Notes under the pieces: model-generated
Database searches by the model: none
The model's input: only the letters and a program-made list of their open reading frames with translations
What the model was told of the DNA's origin: nothing
Program-made: the position numbers and the translations under genes
Assembly: GCA_045111495.1 (NCBI GenBank)
Contig: JBGUGI010000092.1
Coordinates: 1-55,559 of the forward strand
Origin: Bacilli bacterium
GTDB taxonomy: Bacteria; Bacillota_I; Bacilli_A; RFN20; CAG-826
DNA: 55,559 nucleotides
Direction of reading: 5' to 3'
Shown: positions 16,193-26,585 of the stretch, piece by piece
Layout: each line of letters opens with the position of its first letter
Position numbering within the stretch: the first letter of the stretch is position 1

Positions 16193-17514
16193 TATTTACC
16201 TACGCAGAAACGAGAGAATATCTCTTTAGCTAAATCAATTTGGTTAGCCTCGCCTAAGATTTCTAATATCGCAGTATAAGCTTCTAATAAAGAAACAGAA
16301 ACTAGATCAATTGTTAAATCGTTTTCGGCATCTGCTTTAGCCTTTAATAATGACTCTTTAGCTTTTCTTAATAAACCAATTTGTCTTGCGTTATTTAAAG
16401 CGGGCTTAGAGAATGTTTTTTCATCTAATCCGATTACTTCTTTAATCTTCTTTGTTAGAGGCTCTATATTGCCTTCTAAAGCGGAAATTGAGAGTCTATC
16501 ATCTTTAGATGAGACATCAGATTTGTTATAAACAACAATAGGATTATATTCTTTAGTGTATTCAAGGATTTGTTTGTCTTCGTCATCAATATCATTAGAG
16601 CCATCTAAAACCACGATGACAACATCTGCATCTTTAATGGCTTTTTTAGACTTTTCAATACCAATTGATTCAATTCTATCGCTTGATTCATGGATACCTG
16701 CGGTGTCATATAAATGGAGAACGACACCATCGATATTAGCATGTCCTTCCACGACGTCACGTGTAGTGCCTGCAATATCCGTAACAATAGCGCGGTCTTC
16801 ACCTAAAAAGGCGTTTAATAATGATGATTTACCAACATTTGGTTTACCAACAATAGCGACTTTCACACCTTCGTTAATGATTTGAGCCTTTTCGCCATCA
16901 CTAATTAATAAGTTAATTCTATTAACTAAATCATCAGCGTATTCCACGACTTTTTCTTTATTCGCGACTTCGATATCTTCATATTCTGGATAATCGATAT
17001 TAACTTCTATTAAAGATAAAAGATCAGCAAGTTTAACTTTAATTGGTTTAAGTAATTCACTAGTTTGACCATCTAAAGATAAAAGGTTTAATTTCTTTGC
17101 TTCTTTTGTAGTAGCGTTAATGACATCATTAATTGCTTCCGCTTGAACGAGGTCAATTTTGTTATGCATAAAAGCGCGGCTAGAGAATTCACCATTCGTA
17201 GCCATTCTCGCTCCGTTTTGCATACAAACTTCCACAATTTGCTTCGCAATAAGTGGTGAACCATGTGAGATAATTTCCACACTATCTTCACCAGTAAATG
17301 ATTTTGGTCCTTTATACACTAATAGGACAACATCATCAATTTTTTCGCCTTTATCAACGATAGAAGCGTAAAGAATTGTACGTTCTTTAATATTTCTTAA
17401 ATCTTTAGAACAACATTTAGAAATCACATCTAAAACATCATCGCCAGATAATCTCACGATGGCTAATGCACTTTTGATAGGAGCGGTAGCTAATGCAACA
17501 ATGGTCTCAAACAT
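16192..17514 (-). CDS. mnmE: tRNA modification GTPase MnmE
   Basis: ETIVALATAP..., G1 motif GKPNVGKSSLLN, DTAG, C-terminal FCVGK. Confidence 0.95.
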   Translation of the reverse strand: MFETIVALATAPIKSALAIVRLSGDDVLDVISKCCSKDLRNIKERTILYASIVDKGEKIDDVVLLVYKGPKSFTGEDSVEIISHGSPLIAKQIVEVCMQNGARMATNGEFSSRAFMHNKIDLVQAEAINDVINATTKEAKKLNLLSLDGQTSELLKPIKVKLADLLSLIEVNIDYPEYEDIEVANKEKVVEYADDLVNRINLLISDGEKAQIINEGVKVAIVGKPNVGKSSLLNAFLGEDRAIVTDIAGTTRDVVEGHANIDGVVLHLYDTAGIHESSDRIESIGIEKSKKAIKDADVVIVVLDGSNDIDDEDKQILEYTKEYNPIVVYNKSDVSSKDDRLSISALEGNIEPLTKKIKEVIGLDEKTFSKPALNNARQIGLLRKAKESLLKAKADAENDLTIDLVSVSLLEAYTAILEILGEANQIDLAKEIFSRFCVGK

Positions 17515-17521
17515 AATCCTG

Positions 17522-17545
17522 CAAAAAACACCCTAAAGGGTGTTA
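17522..17545 (-). terminator. Rho-independent terminator after jag
   Basis: Minus-strand hairpin ACACCC-TTTA-GGGTGT followed by a T-run. Confidence 0.7.
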
Positions 17546-17552
17546 TTTTATT

Positions 17553-18152
17553 TTATTCAACGTAAATGATTTGAACTTGTCTTTGTGCGCCTTCACCGAT
17601 TGATTCGGTTCTGACGTTTGGCATATTGTTTAACGCGTTATGAATCGCTCTTCTTTCATCCGCTGGCATTGGATCAAATGTGTAAGTTGTTTTTGTCTTT
17701 TGCACATCATGACCTAATCTTCTAGCCATACGCACTAAGCGACCATATTTGTTATCTTTGTAACCGTTGATATCAAGTAAGATTCTGAATCTCTTATGGA
17801 AGTGATTGCTAACCGCTAATTTCACTAACTCGTTAAGAGCTTGTAATGTCTTACCATTTCTACCGATTAAGATTGGGTTATGTGTAGAATCAATTGTGAT
17901 TCTAATAACTTGATCGTCTAATTTTGTATTAACTGTGCTTTCGATTTCTAAGGCATCAACAACGCCTAAGACATAGTCTTCTGCGAATCTGATAACATCA
18001 GCTAAGTCGTAGACTTCAACAACGATCTTCTTAGCGAATAAACCTTTTCTTTTATCGGAGACGATGTAAATTAATTCATCAACTTCAGTACCGGTTTCAG
18101 TAGCGGCGGCCTGAAGAGCTTCTTCGACGGTTTTTCCAGTATATTGTTTCAT
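17553..18152 (-). CDS. jag: Jag/KhpB RNA-binding protein (Jag_N, KH, R3H)
   Basis: GKTVEEALQAA N-terminal domain, GRNGKTLQALN (KH), R3H-like FDPMPADERRAIHNAL; position after yidC. Confidence 0.9.
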   Translation of the reverse strand: MKQYTGKTVEEALQAAATETGTEVDELIYIVSDKRKGLFAKKIVVEVYDLADVIRFAEDYVLGVVDALEIESTVNTKLDDQVIRITIDSTHNPILIGRNGKTLQALNELVKLAVSNHFHKRFRILLDINGYKDNKYGRLVRMARRLGHDVQKTKTTYTFDPMPADERRAIHNALNNMPNVRTESIGEGAQRQVQIIYVE

Positions 18153-18158
18153 ACTAAA

Positions 18159-19673
18159 TTATCTACCTTTCTTTTTGGCTTTGTTTGAGTTGATTTTTTC
18201 AACCACTAAGGTTTGGACGATGGAGAATAAAGCACCGACAAACCAATAAACACCCATAGCGCTTGGTAATGTGAAGCCCATGAAAATAATCATGGCCATC
18301 ATGATATAGGTGAACATTTTCATTTGATTTTGTTGTTGATTAACGTTTGGATTTTTACCTAATTGAGCGACGTTTTTACGTTTTTTCTTTTGAATCCATT
18401 GTGGGAGTAACATAGAAATAACTTGCGCGCCCGCCATCAATAAGAATAAAACCAACGCTGTGATTGCACTGCCGTTTGCCCAGTTAGCACCATCAAATAA
18501 GACGGTATTAATAGCATCAGATAAGTGCAATTTTAAGAATGAGTCTGAAGATAAACTTGCGGAACCTTGTAAAGCGCCCCAAACGCAGATGAAGACAGGG
18601 AATTGCACAATCATTACTAAGAGAGTACTAAGAGGATTAATCTTGTGTTTCTTATATAACTTTTGCATTTCCATCGCCTGTTGTTGTTTTTCATAGTTGT
18701 TTGTATTGGCGTTTGGATACTTAGCTTGAATCTTAGCGATTTCTGGTTGTAAGGCTTGCATTTTAGCGTTACCTGTTGTTTGTTTTAGTGTTACCACTAA
18801 CATCAAGGATCTCACAATAAAGGTAATTGCGAAGATAGCTAATAATTGTGCTAAACCACCAGCGACACCACCATTTTTAAATGTATGAACAAATGTTTCG
18901 GTGAGCCAGCCGATTGGGTAAACTAATAAGCCTTCTAAAAAACCTTTCTTCCAAGCATAGCCCCAATCTTTAGATTCAATTTGAACCGCGACTTTATTAT
19001 CTTTACGATATTGGGCACCATTGGCATAGCCATAGTAACCATAATCATCGGTTGTGATTGAGAGACAGGAACGATATGAAGCAATAAGTGCATTCATATC
19101 TTTTTGATAAAGTTTTGTGTAATCGTTAGATGGTAAATCATCTAATGTTAAAGAGCTGGTACCTTTTTCGATATCAGTTTTCATTTTTTGATTTAAATTG
19201 GCCCAGTTGTCCCAAATATCTTTTCCTTCACCGGAATAGAATTTTTGATAACCATAATTGTCCAAAGCTAGAAGAGCATCATCATAAGTTGCTGTTGCTA
19301 AATCTTTACCATTTGCCTCAAGAGCTTGGGTTAAAACCAATTTATCTAATTCAACGTAATAATTATTAGAAGGTAAAGCGAAACCAGCTTTAATCGAGTC
19401 TGCTTTGGCTTTGCCGATACCACTTGAAGCATTTGTTGGAACGTTAATTACATACCAAATGTTATCATTACCTTCGATAGCACGGTATGCTTTTATGCCC
19501 TTATCTGCATCTGTGGCATCATGATCATAATAATCACTCACGCCGTAATCAAAAGCGTAAAGGATATGAGCTTTATCAAGATTTGAACAAAATGAAGCGG
19601 TACAACTAGAGAGTAGGATGGCACCTGCGACTAATGCAATGCCTCCTAATGTTAGTTTTGTTCTTTTTTTCAT
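18159..19673 (-). CDS. yidC: YidC/SpoIIIJ membrane insertase, lipoprotein form with a large N-terminal ectodomain
   Basis: Lipobox LLSSC, an extra domain of about 230 aa, then the conserved core (...LLVYPIGWL..., KMQALQPE, QKLYKKHKINPL, MGVYW) and a basic tail. Confidence 0.9.
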   Translation of the reverse strand: MKKRTKLTLGGIALVAGAILLSSCTASFCSNLDKAHILYAFDYGVSDYYDHDATDADKGIKAYRAIEGNDNIWYVINVPTNASSGIGKAKADSIKAGFALPSNNYYVELDKLVLTQALEANGKDLATATYDDALLALDNYGYQKFYSGEGKDIWDNWANLNQKMKTDIEKGTSSLTLDDLPSNDYTKLYQKDMNALIASYRSCLSITTDDYGYYGYANGAQYRKDNKVAVQIESKDWGYAWKKGFLEGLLVYPIGWLTETFVHTFKNGGVAGGLAQLLAIFAITFIVRSLMLVVTLKQTTGNAKMQALQPEIAKIQAKYPNANTNNYEKQQQAMEMQKLYKKHKINPLSTLLVMIVQFPVFICVWGALQGSASLSSDSFLKLHLSDAINTVLFDGANWANGSAITALVLFLLMAGAQVISMLLPQWIQKKKRKNVAQLGKNPNVNQQQNQMKMFTYIMMAMIIFMGFTLPSAMGVYWFVGALFSIVQTLVVEKINSNKAKKKGR

Positions 19674-19687
19674 TTAATAAGTCCTAT

Positions 19688-20008
19688 CTAAAAATTGAAT
19701 AATTCTTTCAGTGATTGTTTGTTATCGTCATACGAACGATCTAGGAAATTTGCTTTAGCAACGATAACAATGTCCAATGATTGAGAATTGTAGTCGATCA
19801 ATGAATCACACATTGATCTAATTTGTCGTTTGACAAGATTGCGAACAACAGCGTTACCCAGTTTAGAAGAAACAGAAATGCCCACTCTTACATAATTAAA
19901 TTCATTTGGGCGATAGTGGATGACATACGATTGGTTACGCTGCGCTCTGCCTTTTTTAATCGCTAGAGCAAAGTCATCACTTGCTTTAATACGATTAATA
20001 ACTTTCAT
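19688..20008 (-). CDS. rnpA: Ribonuclease P protein component
   Basis: 106 aa basic protein with VGISVSSKLGNAVVRNLVKRQIR; lies between rpmH and yidC. Confidence 0.9.
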   Translation of the reverse strand: MKVINRIKASDDFALAIKKGRAQRNQSYVIHYRPNEFNYVRVGISVSSKLGNAVVRNLVKRQIRSMCDSLIDYNSQSLDIVIVAKANFLDRSYDDNKQSLKELFNF

Positions 20009-20021
20009 AATCTTCCTCTGA

Positions 20022-20156
20022 TTAGTCAGCTAATTTTTTTCTGCCTTTAGCTCTACGACGAGCAAGAACGCGACGACCATTTGCGGATTTCATACGAGCA
20101 CGGAATCCAGCCTTGTGTTGATGTTTAATTTTACTTGGTTGATATGTTCTTTTCAT
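20022..20156 (-). CDS. rpmH: 50S ribosomal protein L34 (absent from the ORF track because it is under 60 aa)
   Basis: Manual translation gives [54 protein letters not shown] upstream. Confidence 0.95.
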   Translation of the reverse strand: MKRTYQPSKIKHQHKAGFRARMKSANGRRVLARRRAKGRKKLAD

Positions 20157-20484
20157 AAAAGAAACCTCCTTACATAGCGAGATAAGTTTAATAGCATTTA
20201 TTAATAAATGTCAACAAAATGTGGTTTTATTTGAGTTATTCACAATCGCGATTTTGTCAAAAATAGGGGAAACGGGATATAAAAAAGTTAGTAATCCACA
20301 TATCCACAGGCTGTTGAAAAGTGGAAAACTTATCCACAATTGTTAAGATGTGGAAATGTGGAAAACTCACTATAGTTACAATTCTATGGGGATTGATGTG
20401 GAAAACTCTTTTTCGCGTAAATTCGCATACAAAACGAATGTGAATTATTTTATAATAGGTGACACGAAAACAGGTGGAAACGTT
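20157..20484. other. oriC part 1: DnaA-box cluster between rpmH and dnaA
   Basis: Perfect TTATCCACA at 20330-20338. One-mismatch boxes at 20236-20244, 20292-20300 and 20300-20308. Inverted TGTGGAAAA at 20357-20365 and 20397-20405, and TGTGGAAAT at 20349-20357. Confidence 0.85.
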
Positions 20485-21864
20485 ATGAATAATTCAGTAT
20501 CAGAGATCTCCCGTATGTGGGAACAAACATTAGAGCTTATCGATCAAAGACTTGACGAAAGACAAATATTTGATTCTTTCTTCTCTCGTACATATATTCA
20601 TGACATCAAAGGAGACTTAGTGACAGTCGTGGTCAAAGACCTCACATCACAAAGATTGCTCTCCTCTAAATATATAGAATTAATTAAAGAAGCCTTCTAC
20701 GACATTACCGAGCAACACTGCCGTTTTGAATTTAAATTAGTGGAAGATATTGCTAAAAGCAATACTGTTTTTGGTGCTAACAAAGCTAAAAATGAAGAAA
20801 CTGTCTTCTTTAAAGACGCTGAACTCAAATCTAATTTAACATTTGATTCCTTCGTTGAAGGTGAATTCAATAAAGAAGCGTATCGCGCTGCAACGATGAT
20901 TGCTAAAAAGCCAGGTGCGGTTTTCAATCCATTATTCATTTATTCCAATTCTGGTTTAGGTAAAACTCACTTATTACACGCTATCGGTAACTACATTAGA
21001 ACTGTCAGTAAGCCAGGTGCAAAAGTGTTATATATCAACGCTAATGAGTTTGTTGATGAATACGTAAAATTCGTCAAAGGTGAGAAGGGTTCGGAGACAA
21101 TGAAAGACTTCTTTTCCACTGTCGATGTCCTCTTATTTGATGATGTGCAATTTTTAGAAAATAAGGTTAATACTGAAGAGATGTTTTTCTACATCTATCA
21201 AAAGATGGTTAACTCCAATAAACAAATCGTTATCACTTCTGATAGACAACCTAATGAATTAAAAGGATTAGAAGATCGTCTTGTAACTAGATTCAGCCAG
21301 GGTTTGACCGTAAAAATCAATAATCCAGATCAAAATACATGCGTTAAAATTCTTGAAAAACAAATCCTTAATGAAGGCTTAGATATTAACAATTTTGATC
21401 CAGCAGTTTTATACTTCTATGCTGAAAAATTTAGCAGTAATGTTAGAGAGTTAGATGGTGCGTTTAATAGGTTAATTTTCTACGTCACTTCTATGCACCC
21501 AGTTGATAAGATTACATTAGAGGTCGCGATTGAAGCTGTACAAAACATTACCGGTGTAAAAAACGTCGCTGCACAGTTATCAGAACAACGTGTTATCAAC
21601 ATTGTCGCGGACTACTATAACTTAACTCCAAGCCAATTAGTGGGTAAGACAAGAACAGGTCAAATTGCCCTTGCACGTCACATCGCTATGTATCTAATTA
21701 GAATTAATATTGATATTCCACTCACTAAAATTGGTAATGCGTTCGGTGGTAGAGATCATACCACTGTGATGAACGGTATAGAAAAAGTGGAAAGTATGTT
21801 GAAAACTGATGAGCAATTAAAGGCGGTTATCGATAAACTTACAAAGACATTAAAATCTAACTAG
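20485..21864 (+). CDS. dnaA: Chromosomal replication initiator DnaA
   Basis: Start taken at MNNSVSEISRMWEQ (RBS AGGTGGAAA 5 nt upstream). GLGKTHLLHAIGN, DDVQFL, and C-terminal DNA-binding domain LIRINIDIPLTKIGNAFGGRDHTTV. Confidence 0.95.
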   Translation: MNNSVSEISRMWEQTLELIDQRLDERQIFDSFFSRTYIHDIKGDLVTVVVKDLTSQRLLSSKYIELIKEAFYDITEQHCRFEFKLVEDIAKSNTVFGANKAKNEETVFFKDAELKSNLTFDSFVEGEFNKEAYRAATMIAKKPGAVFNPLFIYSNSGLGKTHLLHAIGNYIRTVSKPGAKVLYINANEFVDEYVKFVKGEKGSETMKDFFSTVDVLLFDDVQFLENKVNTEEMFFYIYQKMVNSNKQIVITSDRQPNELKGLEDRLVTRFSQGLTVKINNPDQNTCVKILEKQILNEGLDINNFDPAVLYFYAEKFSSNVRELDGAFNRLIFYVTSMHPVDKITLEVAIEAVQNITGVKNVAAQLSEQRVINIVADYYNLTPSQLVGKTRTGQIALARHIAMYLIRINIDIPLTKIGNAFGGRDHTTVMNGIEKVESMLKTDEQLKAVIDKLTKTLKSN

Positions 21865-22006
21865 TTTATTTAAAAATAAAAAATATCATTTTATAACCAG
21901 GTGTGATACAATAATCTCAAGTACCATAATCTGAATTATCCACAATATCCACAGATTTAATTATTATTATTAATATAATAAATATATAGAAAAGAAAGGA
22001 ATATGT
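21865..22006. other. oriC part 2: two adjacent DnaA boxes followed by TTA-trinucleotide repeats and an AT-rich unwinding region
   Basis: TTATCCACA at 21936-21944 and ATATCCACA at 21945-21953, then (TTA)x4 at 21961-21972 and nearly pure A/T up to the dnaN RBS. Confidence 0.75.
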
Positions 22007-23128
22007 ATGAGATTTACAATTAAGCGTGAGGAATTCCTTAAAGGATTAAATGTTGCTGCAAGAGCTATTTCTAGTAAAAATGCCAAAGCAGTTTTAGAAA
22101 ACTTTAGATTAGATTTAAACGAAAAAGGTTTATTTATTACTGGTACTGATGAAAACATTTCTATTAAAACTCAAGTTCCTTATAAATTAGGTGAAGAAGA
22201 GATTATTAGAAACTACAAAGAAGGCTCTATCCTAATGAAAGCCAGACTTTTAGTGGAAATCGTTAGAAAGATGGATACAGAAGAAATCACTATTGATGTA
22301 GTTGATTCCACAATTGCCACTATTAGTAACAATCGTTCAGAATACCGTTTAAACTGCGTTAAGGTTGATGAATATCCAGATCTTGACCTAGAAGCCAATG
22401 GTACAGAACTCAGCTTATCTAGAGCCGATTTTGATATTTTAGTTAGCCAAACAACATTTGCCGCTTCCTTAAAAGAACAACGTCCAATCCTCACAGCGTT
22501 AAATCTTGAAGCTAGTAATGGTATTTTAACTGCTACCGCTACTGACAGTGCTCGTATGGCGAGAAAAACACTTAATATTCCTTTAGGTATAGAATTTGTT
22601 GCCAATGTTCCTGCTAAGATGATGAATGAAATTAATCACTTATTAGAAGGCAGAGAATCAGTGGAAATCGCTTTTAGCGATAAGAAAGCATTATTTACCA
22701 TCGGTACAACTGTTGTTGCTACTAGATTAATCGCTGGTGATTATCCAAATACAAAGAATATTGTTCCTAAGATGACTAATTACTCATTAGAAGTTAACGC
22801 TAATGATTTAATGAGAGCTATTGAAAGAGCAAACATCTTATCCATTGATAGAGAAAACATTGTTGATCTTGCAATGAGCGAAGATGGCATTGAAATTTCT
22901 GCTAAATCAAGTCAAGTTGGTTCCGCTGTTGAAAGAATCGATGTCTTTAAATACGTCGGTCAAAATTTACATGTTTCATTTAACAGTGGTTTCGTGATTG
23001 AAGCAGTTAAAGCTCTCGGAAGTGCTGATGTCACATTTGCGTTTGTAGGCGAAATGAAGCCATTTGTGGTTGAAAATGCTTCAGATGACTCGGTGGTCCA
23101 AATCGTCACTCCAGTCCGTACTTATTAG
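22007..23128 (+). CDS. dnaN: DNA polymerase III beta sliding clamp
   Basis: 373 aa; MRFTIKREEFLKGLN..., position after dnaA; ends ...VTPVRTY. Confidence 0.95.
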   Translation: MRFTIKREEFLKGLNVAARAISSKNAKAVLENFRLDLNEKGLFITGTDENISIKTQVPYKLGEEEIIRNYKEGSILMKARLLVEIVRKMDTEEITIDVVDSTIATISNNRSEYRLNCVKVDEYPDLDLEANGTELSLSRADFDILVSQTTFAASLKEQRPILTALNLEASNGILTATATDSARMARKTLNIPLGIEFVANVPAKMMNEINHLLEGRESVEIAFSDKKALFTIGTTVVATRLIAGDYPNTKNIVPKMTNYSLEVNANDLMRAIERANILSIDRENIVDLAMSEDGIEISAKSSQVGSAVERIDVFKYVGQNLHVSFNSGFVIEAVKALGSADVTFAFVGEMKPFVVENASDDSVVQIVTPVRTY

Positions 23129-23162
23129 GCCAAAAACACCTATTCTAGACTTTATACAAATT

Positions 23163-23189
23163 AAGGGAATATTTAATTCCCTTTTTTAT
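23163..23189 (+). terminator. Terminator after dnaN
   Basis: Hairpin AAGGGAAT-ATTTA-ATTCCCTT followed by a T-run. Confidence 0.75.
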
Positions 23190-23223
23190 TTATATAGTTT
23201 ATAATAAACATACAGGAGTTTTT

Positions 23224-23442
23224 GTGGCCCAAAAAAGCATTAAATTACGCGAAGGTGAAACCTTCATCACATTAGGTGTTTTGCTTAAAATCACTGGCAT
23301 CATTGATACTGGTGGCCAAGCAAAATATTTTCTCAGTGAAAACAGTGCTTTGGTCAACGGAGAGGAGGAAAATCGTCGCGGTCGTAAATTATACCATGGC
23401 GATGTCATTCAAATCTCTGGCAAGTCCTTTTTAATCGATTAG
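23224..23442 (+). CDS. yaaA: S4-domain RNA-binding protein YaaA
   Basis: 72 aa, GTG start with AGGAG 5 nt upstream. ITLGVLLKITGIIDTGGQAKYFL...VNGEEENRRGRKLYHGD; conserved dnaN-yaaA-recF position. Confidence 0.85.
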   Translation: MAQKSIKLREGETFITLGVLLKITGIIDTGGQAKYFLSENSALVNGEEENRRGRKLYHGDVIQISGKSFLID

Positions 23443-23443
23443 C

Positions 23444-26568
<3,125 letters not shown>

Positions 26569-26585
26569 GGAAAGGAGAGCAAGTT

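Noticed and set aside
20350-20484. N-terminal 45 codons of the track ORF for dnaA (MEMWKTHYSYNSMGIDVENS...)
   Set aside because: This stretch is made of DnaA boxes (TGTGGAAA repeats translate as MWK/VEN). A good RBS and the conserved DnaA N-terminus begin at the ATG at 20485, so it is oriC DNA rather than coding sequence.
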